64,000 bases of DNA from positions 61,562 to 125,561 of the forward strand of contig JANNBC010000054.1 in assembly GCA_031385045.1 (NCBI GenBank), written 5' to 3'. A program made the position numbers and the translations under genes. Under the pieces are notes generated by a model that saw only the letters and a list, made by a program, of their open reading frames with translations, had not been told where the DNA came from and did not search any database. Below, in pieces: positions 28,054 through 37,250 of the stretch; position 1 is the stretch's first letter, and each line of letters begins with the position of its first letter. This DNA is from a bacterium (GTDB lineage: Bacteria; Bdellovibrionota_C; UBA2361; CALJRW01).

Positions 28054-29652
28054 TTAAGAAGCGAGTTGTAATCCCAAGGGTAGAAAAGAATGATGCTCCG
28101 GAGGTTGCCCTTGTCCTAATGCTAAAACATTATCGATTAAATCACGCTGAGTCCAATTGCTTTGCTCCAAAATCATTCTCCGAACTTCTGGCGGAAAGCC
28201 TTGAAATTGTCGATAAGAATAAGCACTATTTCCTTGATAGTGACCCGCCTGTCGATTCAAATTATTAAAATCATCATCTTTTAATCCCCGTATTCCATTA
28301 AGCTGATCTCGCCAAACTCCAAGAAACTCAGGATGATTTTCCCGGAGATATACTGGGAAGTTCTCGCAACGTGTTTTAGAACTACTGACAAATTTTAAAC
28401 ATTGATTCAGGTGAACATAAAGGGCATGACTCATCGTTCCTAAGCGCAGGCTGGTTGCTGCTGCTAAAGTTACAGGAAAATTGTCATCAGTGTGATTAAT
28501 AATATCAACAGCCGAGATCAAAGGTTTAAATGCCCCACTAAAATCATCCCGAGCTAAAGCAATGTCTGAGTTATTTAAATTAGTAAGGACATGAATCTTG
28601 GCTTCTCTAGAAAGACGAATATTTGGATACAAAATATCAATCAGCTGATCCTGGATTTTATAAATATCCCTAGCTCGCTCAAAGAATACGGGGTTATAAC
28701 TAGCAGCCCCCTGCTCAAATAAGGCGACACCCATGGAATTGCAACAGTCAATAAACTTTGAAGCATGCTCTTTTAAAACTCTGGAAATAGGATTTCTAAT
28801 TTCTTCACTTGGATGATACAACAACATTTTCAAATCACTTTGAAAATGCAATCCACTTAAAGAACTTAAATCAGACATTAACTGATCGTAATTATCTAAG
28901 TGATACTGAACATACAAACCAACCTGTGAAGCTAAGAGCATTGTTTTTAAACATGCATCTAAAAGCTTCATCTCCGGCGTAATATTCACTCCGAGTTTTT
29001 TATTATAATTATGTAACGGCTCAATTATTCGGTAGACATCTAAATATTCTTTCTGCTGGAATTGTTCATAGGACACCTCCAAAGCTTTTCTTAAAAATGG
29101 AACAAAAGGAGGTTGCTCTAAGCATTTTAACTGATTTAAAAAATCACTATTATCCAAACTACTTCTGTTTGATAGGATTTCGCGAAACTCTATCATTTGT
29201 TTCTCTAGGGACATTTGTACTACATACAAAGGATGTGCAGGAGCAAAGTTTCCCGACATGATTAAATAAAATTCAGCATCTTTGAAAAAACCTTGATGAT
29301 AATTAACTTCCGCTCGGACAAAATAAAATTCAGGCTGACTCCTAAAATTTACCGAATCCAAGCAAGCTTTAGTCCAGCTTTCTACTTGTTCAAAATTATT
29401 TAAGATAATCTGAATTCTTAAAAAATTTACCAATGATTCTGCTTTCTCCTTAGGAATATTCTTTAAGATTTGATCGATTTCTTTTCTAGTAAAACTTAAT
29501 TCCTCTGGAATACCCAATTCCGTTTGCAATAAAAACATTTGAATTCTTAACTGAGGAATATCCGCGTGAATAATTTGCGTGTTGGGTAGACTAGCACCAA
29601 TAATGCTAGCGGGAATTATAATGGAAGGAGTTACAATTACTTCGTCGGGCAT
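28054..29652 (-). CDS. Hypothetical helical protein (possible TPR-like segment)
   Basis: 532-aa ORF; no family recognised. Confidence 0.6.
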   Translation of the reverse strand: MPDEVIVTPSIIIPASIIGASLPNTQIIHADIPQLRIQMFLLQTELGIPEELSFTRKEIDQILKNIPKEKAESLVNFLRIQIILNNFEQVESWTKACLDSVNFRSQPEFYFVRAEVNYHQGFFKDAEFYLIMSGNFAPAHPLYVVQMSLEKQMIEFREILSNRSSLDNSDFLNQLKCLEQPPFVPFLRKALEVSYEQFQQKEYLDVYRIIEPLHNYNKKLGVNITPEMKLLDACLKTMLLASQVGLYVQYHLDNYDQLMSDLSSLSGLHFQSDLKMLLYHPSEEIRNPISRVLKEHASKFIDCCNSMGVALFEQGAASYNPVFFERARDIYKIQDQLIDILYPNIRLSREAKIHVLTNLNNSDIALARDDFSGAFKPLISAVDIINHTDDNFPVTLAAATSLRLGTMSHALYVHLNQCLKFVSSSKTRCENFPVYLRENHPEFLGVWRDQLNGIRGLKDDDFNNLNRQAGHYQGNSAYSYRQFQGFPPEVRRMILEQSNWTQRDLIDNVLALGQGQPPEHHSFLPLGLQLAS

Positions 29653-29674
29653 TTCATACAGACTACAATTAATA

Positions 29675-29904
29675 TAGTCATTCCAAAAAGTAATTTCCGT
29701 TAGGAAATTAAAATCATAGAGTTATGACTATAGTAGCGACCAGCGGGAGCCAAAAGGCAAATAGTAAACCCAACAAATTAAATCAGTTAAACCGAAGGTT
29801 TATCAAAGGCCTTTAATCAGTTCGATGCTAATCCCAATGATCTCACTAGTTCAAATATTATTATTCAGTAAACACTTTTACGGAAATTAGTTTTGGGTTT
29901 ACTA
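29675..29904. mobile_element. 230-bp composite MITE with a divergent internal core
   Basis: Same ends and first module as 47246-47510; TA at 29673-74 and 29905-06. Confidence 0.88.
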
Positions 29905-30041
29905 TATTTAACTGTAGTTGATTTATGGACTTACGCAAATGTTTTTTTGAGTTAGGGGCAAAACCAATTTGGCTTCCCCCTAACTAGCGCAATAAGTTGG
30001 CTAAACTTATAAGATAGCTGCCCTAGAAAGCAGAAACTAAA

Positions 30042-30131
30042 TGGAGGAGAGTGAGGGATTCGAACCCTCGGTACAGTTTCCCGTACACTCGCTTAGCAGG
30101 CGAGTGCCTTCAGCCACTCGGCCAACTCTCC
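30042..30131 (-). tRNA. tRNA-Ser(GCT)
   Basis: GGAGAGT acceptor, anticodon arm CTCGC-CTGCTAA-GCGAG, long variable arm, GTTCGAATC, encoded CCA. Confidence 0.96.
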
Positions 30132-30263
30132 AAAGACCTATAAGGTCTGCACATCGAGCGCTCCGTTGTTTCACACAACGCCACTCGCCTTGCAGGCGTT
30201 ATTGGTTATTATAATAGATTTTATATGAATCTTGATTAAGACATTATCTATTCCAATTAGACA

Positions 30264-30296
30264 GTCCACCTTCGCTCCTATAGAGCTATGGCGGAC
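30264..30296 (-). repeat. REP-like hairpin downstream of tRNA-Ser(TGA)
   Basis: Reverse complement gtccgcCATAGctctataggagCGAAGgtggac. Confidence 0.75.
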
Positions 30297-30331
30297 GCCA
30301 TTTTTGTTTTTTGCTCAGCAAAAACCAAAAA

Positions 30332-30419
30332 TGGCGGAGAGGGACGGATTCGAACCCCCGAAGCCTTGCGACTTGCCGGTTTTCAAGACCGGTGCCTTCA
30401 ACCACTCGGCCACCTCTCC
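30332..30419 (-). tRNA. tRNA-Ser(TGA)
   Basis: GGAGAGG acceptor, CCGGT-CTTGAAA-ACCGG anticodon arm, variable arm, GCCA end. Confidence 0.94.
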
Positions 30420-30581
30420 GCAGTTTGGTCAGGCGAAATTATAAAATAATGACTTTAAATGCAAGTTTTTGGAGAAATTACTTGGTAAATCTAGTAAATT
30501 TTTACCTTTGTCAGCTCTTTTTACCCCCGAATCACTAAATGCCGAGATATCCAGCTCCCACTTGAGGGTAGTTTCACTGAT

Positions 30582-32300
30582 TTATTTAGACATCGGATCA
30601 TAATCTGTCTGCATCCACTGATAATGCCAGTCCTTATTACCCTTGAGCATGAGACCCAGTTTATATTTTTTAGAGCCTAACAAATATTTCGGGAGAATTA
30701 ATTGAAAGCCAACATTTCGCGCCGATTCAAGTTGGAATTTTTCCTTAATGATCGCTTCGTCTGGATGTATCCATCTTGGGAAACAGATTCTGAAGTTTTG
30801 ATTGCTCGCTTGATCTTTAGCTAAAAGACAAATCTTCTTGGGGGCTAAATTCTTTTCCGTAGAAATCATTGCCCAGCCAGCAATCACAAAAAAGTTAGCA
30901 TCTTCTGCTTGTTGCAGAATTTCATAGGTTATCTGTGCAGTAGTCGCAGGAATAACTACATCTCTTTCTAAATAAGGAGCCAAAGTTTTAGGAGCTAAAC
31001 TAGCCTTATAAATATTTTTCTCTTCCGCCTCTTTCATAATCAAATCAACAGTTGGACGATGAGCATGTGGTATTTCAATCTCAGAGAAAAATCTAGAAAA
31101 AATCACCGACCTCACTTGCTGGAAATGAAAGTTCTTAGCGGTATCAATAACTTTAGGATTTGTGCGAAATAACCAAAAACTAGTGAGGAATAATAAGCAA
31201 AAAAATACCCCTCCTCTAATATAATTATTTTTAAGTCTTAAAATTAGAGCGATATAAGTTGTTAAGAAAAAAGCTACTGAGTAATAATTATATCTAGAAG
31301 TTAGCGCGTCCGCGATTGTCCCAGTGGAACCTCCACGCAGGATACATGCTGCCAATGGTACAAACATTAGAAAAATTGTAAAAAACTTCAATGTCTTTTG
31401 TTCGTTTGTCTCAGCTCTAAAATTGACAAATAATGCAGTTAAAACCAATAGCATGCCACAAGTAAAAGCTTGTGGCGCATTACCAAAACTAAAATATCCT
31501 CCTAGAAAAACAAAAGGAAATTGTAGAAGTTTAATAATATCAGCCTGATCTTTTAAAAAGCTATAAATACTATTCGAATTTCCACTAATTACTTCACCAA
31601 AAACCCCCAGAGTCAGAACAAAAGTTACGATCAGTATTATAATTCTTAGTAATAACTTTGATGGCCTTATATTCTTCCATGGCAAAAATACCGCCACCCA
31701 AACTGGAAGTAGAATAATCCCAACACCAGAAACAAGTATTGCTAAGATCATGCAAAAAATACTTCGTAATAATTTTCTTTGCACAGCTGTCCAAAGTGCT
31801 AAAAGTGCTACAGATAAAATATAGCCATGAGTCAATCCACTTTGTAACCAAAGATAAGTACCAAAAGGTATCGGTTGAAAAATTAAACATGGAATTAGAA
31901 GTGCTAGATAGACTAGCCAGGATTTTTCTTGTTTAAGACCCTTAAGGAAAATTAGGCTCAGAACTATTGCTAATGTAATTGGTCCAATCCAGATAAAATT
32001 AGTTAGCAGTTCAAAATCTATTGGTAGTCCAAATAGATACCGATAAATCAAAAGTACAAGCTTGGAAATAAAAACAACGGCTTCGTTATAAGGCTGAAAA
32101 AGAAGTGTTAATGAATGTGAACTTTCCCACTGATTATAAAAGTTTAAAATAGCTTGGAAATCATCACAGTAGGGGACAGGGTTTCTTAAATGAAGTAAAA
32201 TATTAATCCAACTGAACAGAAAGCTAAGAAAGATAATACTAAAAAGTAATTTGTGAAGAGTATTTAATCTCCATAGCTCTGACTTAATACGATTTTTCAT
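30582..32300 (-). CDS. Polytopic membrane protein, possibly GT-C-like, with a soluble C-terminal domain
   Basis: About 11-12 hydrophobic segments, P..DD in the first loop, SRY motif. Confidence 0.6.
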   Translation of the reverse strand: MKNRIKSELWRLNTLHKLLFSIIFLSFLFSWINILLHLRNPVPYCDDFQAILNFYNQWESSHSLTLLFQPYNEAVVFISKLVLLIYRYLFGLPIDFELLTNFIWIGPITLAIVLSLIFLKGLKQEKSWLVYLALLIPCLIFQPIPFGTYLWLQSGLTHGYILSVALLALWTAVQRKLLRSIFCMILAILVSGVGIILLPVWVAVFLPWKNIRPSKLLLRIIILIVTFVLTLGVFGEVISGNSNSIYSFLKDQADIIKLLQFPFVFLGGYFSFGNAPQAFTCGMLLVLTALFVNFRAETNEQKTLKFFTIFLMFVPLAACILRGGSTGTIADALTSRYNYYSVAFFLTTYIALILRLKNNYIRGGVFFCLLFLTSFWLFRTNPKVIDTAKNFHFQQVRSVIFSRFFSEIEIPHAHRPTVDLIMKEAEEKNIYKASLAPKTLAPYLERDVVIPATTAQITYEILQQAEDANFFVIAGWAMISTEKNLAPKKICLLAKDQASNQNFRICFPRWIHPDEAIIKEKFQLESARNVGFQLILPKYLLGSKKYKLGLMLKGNKDWHYQWMQTDYDPMSK

Positions 32301-32361
32301 TTTATTAATCTTGCAATAAGTAGATCAGATTCTGACATTTTTCTCAGCATACACATTTTCA

Positions 32362-32391
32362 TTGACATTGAAAAACCTACTAGACTAAAAT
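32362..32391 (+). promoter_or_regulatory. Sigma70-like promoter of the GH5 gene
   Basis: TTGACA-18nt-TAAAAT. Confidence 0.55.
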
Positions 32392-32427
32392 CAATTTAAA
32401 CCTCAGCTTAAATCTTACTACAAATAA

Positions 32428-33432
32428 ATGGATAAAATCAGGAACATTATTAATTTCCTCTGCTTCACACTTTGCTTTTTAATACTTTTCAATAGTTCTG
32501 CGGATGCCATCTCAAGTAAACGTGGGATGATGGTTGGGCCCTCCCTGTCTTTTGCAGATTTAGATGCTTTAGATTCTTGGAATGTCAATGTAGTTAGATG
32601 GCAATTTACAAAACTTGCGAATAGAGACTCTGAAAATATTACAGAATATCGATCTTGGCTCCAGTCTGTTTTAAATAATGTCATTGCACTTGCTCCTACC
32701 ATGCAAGAAAAAGGGATTAAAGTAATAGTAGATCTCCATACCCCGCCTGGTGGATTTAGAATGGATCCGAATGGCTTTGCTGTTCATAAAATATTTGAAA
32801 ATTCGACCCTAAGAAATGAATTTCTTAATTCTTGGTTAACAATCACACAACAACTAAAGCCTTATTCCGCGATCTTAGTTCAAGGATATGATCTATTAAA
32901 TGAGCCCGCAGTAGGATTAATCAACGGTAGCGTCACGAAAGCATTAACTGACAACTGGAGATACCTCGCTATTGATACTATGACAATGATTAAAAACATT
33001 GATGATGTGAGAATATTTATAGAGCCAGGATATGGCACACCAGAAAACCTGGTGAGACTTACACCTATTACTGGCTTTTCTAAACTTGTCTACAGTGTTC
33101 ACCATTATTTCCCTTTGAGCTATACCCACCAAGGGGTAGGTAGCTTTCCTGATAACATCACATATCCTGGAAAAGAGGTAATACAAGCTAGTCTGGATAA
33201 AGCAATTGCATACGAAACACGGCATAATGTGAAAATCTATATCGGAGAATTTAGCGTAAATAAAGATGCTCCTGGCGCAGGTAAATTTCTTAGAGATAGC
33301 ATCGATATATTTGAACAAAATAGTTGGAGCTGGACGTACCACGCCTTTAGAGAAGCATCTGTTTGGGATGTTGAGCAAGGTAATCCAAACAGAAAAAGTA
33401 TATTATTATCATATTTTGCCCTAAACCCTTAG
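32428..33432 (+). CDS. Secreted glycoside hydrolase family 5
   Basis: Signal peptide; IVDLH, YDLLNEP, YSVH.Y, YIGEF, W.Y. Confidence 0.88.
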   Translation: MDKIRNIINFLCFTLCFLILFNSSADAISSKRGMMVGPSLSFADLDALDSWNVNVVRWQFTKLANRDSENITEYRSWLQSVLNNVIALAPTMQEKGIKVIVDLHTPPGGFRMDPNGFAVHKIFENSTLRNEFLNSWLTITQQLKPYSAILVQGYDLLNEPAVGLINGSVTKALTDNWRYLAIDTMTMIKNIDDVRIFIEPGYGTPENLVRLTPITGFSKLVYSVHHYFPLSYTHQGVGSFPDNITYPGKEVIQASLDKAIAYETRHNVKIYIGEFSVNKDAPGAGKFLRDSIDIFEQNSWSWTYHAFREASVWDVEQGNPNRKSILLSYFALNP

Positions 33433-33684
33433 ATCATTAAAAATCTTTTACGACATATAATCTTACTTATGCATTAAATTCTAACTAACTAATTAATGAA
33501 TACAGTAAGGATTATGAGAAAAATGCTGACTCAAGTCGCACATATGGCTTAGAATACCAAAAACTTAAGTGTTTACTATAAATTTAGACTCAGTTACTCA
33601 GAATTGACTAATATTATTGAAAATTTTATATTCCCTCAGTACTATTATAATTTAATAATATTAGTTAGTACATCTACGATTTGC

Positions 33685-33758
33685 GCGCTTTTAGCTCAGC
33701 TGGATAGAGCGTCTGACTACGAATCAGAAGGTCGGTGGTTCGAATCCTCCAAGGCGCA
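33685..33758 (+). tRNA. tRNA-Arg(ACG)
   Basis: GCGCTTT/AAGGCGC acceptor, TCTGA-CTACGAA-TCAGA anticodon arm; CCA not encoded. Confidence 0.95.
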
Positions 33759-33965
33759 TTTTCAATTCTTTCTGCAAGAAAGAATTGTCCTCCGAAGCTT
33801 TAGCGAAGGAGGATAATATCTTCCAACTGTCTGATTGGAGGATTCGAACCATCAAGAAAATACTGCGAATCCTATTTTTTGAGAATCGAAAAATATTATC
33901 CAAGGCGCATTTCAATCTTTTCTCCGAGAAAAGATTGACCCACCGTAGCCTTGGCGAAGGTGGGT
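33748..33965 (+). repeat. tRNA-linked repeat: (tRNA 3' end + hairpin + REP) x2
   Basis: tccaaggcgcattt at 33748 and 33899, each followed by a hairpin and a REP (33788-33813, 33938-33965). Confidence 0.85.
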
Positions 33966-34063
33966 TGATCGATGTCTTCTTACCCAAGAATCCTCCCCAA
34001 ACATAAATACACCAGTTCCCAGTTCAATTTAAAAACAAGAAAGATAAACCAATACCAGCCTAC

Positions 34064-35563
34064 TTATCTACTCCCACTTTTTTGTTGAATAATCTCAGCA
34101 GATACCACAGGTGTTGCAACTGAAGTCCCCTCAATAACTTCTAGTTGCTGATTTCTAATATTAGCAAAGCTAAATTTATTCCCTTTAAGAATTAAAGCGT
34201 TATGAGTTAAGTGAATTTTAATTACACGCTTCTTAGTATTATCTTCTAAAGATTTTTTAATTGATTGTAGATCATAGTTACCATCCTTTAAGCCAGCTTG
34301 GATTAAAATCTTAGCTAATTCTTTTTCCGATAAAGAAATATTCTCTTTTTTATTTTCGATTTGAACTTGAACCTCAGCATCTACATATTTAATATCCTTA
34401 AGTGGAACCTTAGTTTTTAGATTTCCTGTTAGAACCCAAATATGAGGAGTATCGGAATTCTTAAAAGCAATTAAACAATAATCATCAGAATATTTAGTTG
34501 GATTTATAAAAATAGTTGATTGTTTTCTTTCCACAACTTTAGAATCAAAAATGATACTTGTTGGATGATAAATTCCTGATGGTAGGCCAAGCTTTTGGTA
34601 ATGTTTAGCAAAGAAGCTAAGAGTTAATTGCTCACAGGCAATTTGAGCAGTTTCTAAAATTTCCTTTGGTGCTACGGAAAGTTCCATAAATTTACCCTTA
34701 GTAGATGTCTTACTCCATTTGAAATCAATTTGCTGATTATTCTGAAGGCTGATTCCACCAGAAACAACTTGTGGCTGGATGGAGAAAGGTCGCCACTCAG
34801 AAACTAAAGAGTTATTGCCACTTAGTTCATGTTTATTACCATTTTCATCTAGTCCACCAACAACAACAGTTCCAGCTCCTAAGGTTAAAAGATTTAAGGT
34901 CTCCGTTCCCATATTCCCAGCGGCAACAACAGGTACAACTCCTCGTCTCGCCAAAGCTTCTAAGTGGCGAACATTTTTGACTGCATCTGCAATACTTTCT
35001 GGATAATGAAGTTCGGTCATTGGCAATGCTTCTAAGCGATCTAAAACTTCCGCCCTAATTGATTTTATATTTTGGGGAGTTACATGGAGGCCAATTCGCT
35101 CTGATATTTCTTTGAAACTAAGATTCACACTAAGTGAAATATTCACAACAGTTGCCTGCGGAGGAATATCTTTAATCCGACACGCTCCACCATCAAGAAT
35201 CAGACACTTTGCTCCTTTAGCCTTGGCAATTGCAGTTACAAGGTCGCCATGTGAAATATCATTATTCGCATCTTGGTCTAAATCAATTAGATGTTCAGTA
35301 CTATTCTCCAGTCGTTCACTAGTTGTAGTACCTGGTGGGATCTTAAAGTGATCAACAATCACTAGGGTTGGTTTACCTGCGTTGATATTGCTCCAGCTCT
35401 TTGGTATCGCGCAGCTACTCGCAAGAAGTGAGGTTAACAGAATTATGCTTCTATTTAACTTAGAATTAGGACTAAGCTGATGTGTAACTAAATGATCTAT
35501 TAAATCATCCTTGGGTTTTAGATTACTTGATGAAGTAGAAATGCTTGGATTCACAATAAACAT
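34064..35563 (-). CDS. S8 subtilisin-like serine peptidase with a large insert
   Basis: IVD, SHG..V, VAAGN, VVVGG, GTS.ATPVVS. Confidence 0.85.
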   Translation of the reverse strand: MFIVNPSISTSSSNLKPKDDLIDHLVTHQLSPNSKLNRSIILLTSLLASSCAIPKSWSNINAGKPTLVIVDHFKIPPGTTTSERLENSTEHLIDLDQDANNDISHGDLVTAIAKAKGAKCLILDGGACRIKDIPPQATVVNISLSVNLSFKEISERIGLHVTPQNIKSIRAEVLDRLEALPMTELHYPESIADAVKNVRHLEALARRGVVPVVAAGNMGTETLNLLTLGAGTVVVGGLDENGNKHELSGNNSLVSEWRPFSIQPQVVSGGISLQNNQQIDFKWSKTSTKGKFMELSVAPKEILETAQIACEQLTLSFFAKHYQKLGLPSGIYHPTSIIFDSKVVERKQSTIFINPTKYSDDYCLIAFKNSDTPHIWVLTGNLKTKVPLKDIKYVDAEVQVQIENKKENISLSEKELAKILIQAGLKDGNYDLQSIKKSLEDNTKKRVIKIHLTHNALILKGNKFSFANIRNQQLEVIEGTSVATPVVSAEIIQQKSGSR

Positions 35564-35766
35564 ACGAAGATAAACTCCCCACAGAAGCCTTCTAGGGCAA
35601 ACTCGAGGTGCAAATTATACTAAAAATTTTGCCTTAAGCTAGTCCTTAAGGAATTTAAGATGCGATTCAACAATCAATCTTAAGAAATTAGTTTACTTTT
35701 CAGCTAGGGAAATTAAATCCTCACTATGACCTAGTCAAACTAAAAGCCAGTTGCTATCTTATTCCA

Positions 35767-37205
35767 GTGTTAAAACCAAATCCCCTGCACCTTTTTGTTT
35801 TCCTAGTCTGCACTGCAATTACAGGCTACTGCTTGAATTACTGGATTCAGGCCTTAAGTTTTGAACTAACGATTGCCGAAGGCTCGACCTATTATATTAT
35901 TAAATCCTCGTTTGCTGATCTTTTTCAGAGAAGTCTACACACGCAAGGAAACTCACCGCTATTTTTTTAATTGAAGCTCTCTTTAGTAAAGTAATATCAG
36001 ATGAAAAGCTGGCACTTCGGATGGCTCCACTAGTTGCTTCTCTATTTTGTATTCCGGCAATGTATTTACTCTTAGCAAGGCACGCTAATCAAATTGTTAC
36101 GTTAATTCTTGTCACAATTTTTACAGTTCAATTAACTGTATTAGGGTATCCATTTTATGCACGGCCATATGGATTTGCACTTCTAATGATGATTCTATCA
36201 ATTTATTTTTTAGAAGGATGGAAAGAAAATGCTAAGAAAATTTATCTGCTGGGGCACGTAATAAGCATTACGCTGGCGCTTCATTTTCACTACCTAAGTA
36301 TTTTCTTTTTAACTAGTTTAATTCCTTTCATAGTTTTTACAAGAAATAAGCCTTGGCATCTAGCCCTTGGATGGTTTTGCTCTTTATTTACAGTCTTAAT
36401 CTGGCATGAACAATTAGAAATGTTGTTTACTAATCAGGAGATACTTTCTTATCAAGCAACAGCAACTTTTTTAGACCTTTATAAGATTTTACTATCGGCG
36501 CCTTCCTTCCATGCCTTAATGTGGCTAGTGTTAATCCTATACTTTAGTAATTTACAATTACTGATTAAGCTGACTAAACAGATTAAGTTTAGTTCATTAG
36601 TAATTGCCATTGCTCCCTTATCTTTAATTCTAATTTATGGGCAAATTAGTAATACAGGATTGTACATTAATCGTTACCTTGGTCTATTTTCAATTTCTTG
36701 GTTCCTAGTAGCACGAGACCTAACGCCTACTTTTACAACAAGCATTAAACAATTATTGATTGTATTAATTGTTCCTATCTACAGTCTCATTATACTTAAT
36801 TTTCCAGATAATTATCAAAAACTATAATTGGCTAGTGAGAAATTAACTACTTATCATAAGAAGTGGCATTGTGATTCATTGGCAGTCAGTCCATTTATTG
36901 AGAGTCAAAATTTAGCTCAGATTAATTCTAAAGATTATCGTTCCTATCACCAATCATATTTAGATTTTTATCATGTCCCAGTTCATGTTCATAATTTACC
37001 AATCTTGGCTAATTGTCGAAAAGCGAGGAAGTATTTGATAGATTTGTCTCGAGCTAAATGTCAACTTATTAGTGATTTGAATTTACCAGTTACTAATAAT
37101 CATCTAAGGCTCTCTCCTGGCCGTCGCTGCTTTACTAGATTGCTTCGGGCAAAAAAGGAAACAAGAATAACTCAACTTAAAAAAAATCTCTACTTGGTTA
37201 AATAA
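35767..37205 (+). pseudogene. ArnT/PMT-like (GT-C) membrane glycosyltransferase with a frameshift and an in-frame stop
   Basis: Adding one T to the T7 run at 35962-68 joins SPLFF to LIEALF..SDEKLALRMAP; YARPYG motif; TAA at 36825-27 is followed by in-frame continuation. Confidence 0.7.
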
Positions 37206-37250
37206 TTTGGCGCTATTTATAAAGCACTAGGTATTTTGTTAAAAAACAAA

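Noticed and set aside
30332..30419. Selenocysteine or suppressor tRNA
   Set aside because: The anticodon is UGA (reads UCA, Ser), not UCA, and the acceptor stem is a normal 7 bp.
30232..30538. Two short plus-strand ORFs
   Set aside because: Antisense to tRNA-Ser(TGA).
33748..33965. CRISPR array
   Set aside because: Only two units, derived from the tRNA end, and no cas genes in the window.
33604..34006. Short ORFs containing SSEALAKED / RSLGEGG
   Set aside because: These are translations of tRNA-Arg and the REP hairpins.
36825..36827. Stop-codon reassignment
   Set aside because: A single in-frame TAA; conserved genes throughout the window end normally at TAA/TAG/TGA.
28054..37205. Prophage or integrative island at the tRNA cluster
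   Set aside because: Accessory-looking genes, but no integrase, phage genes or distant att repeat were found.
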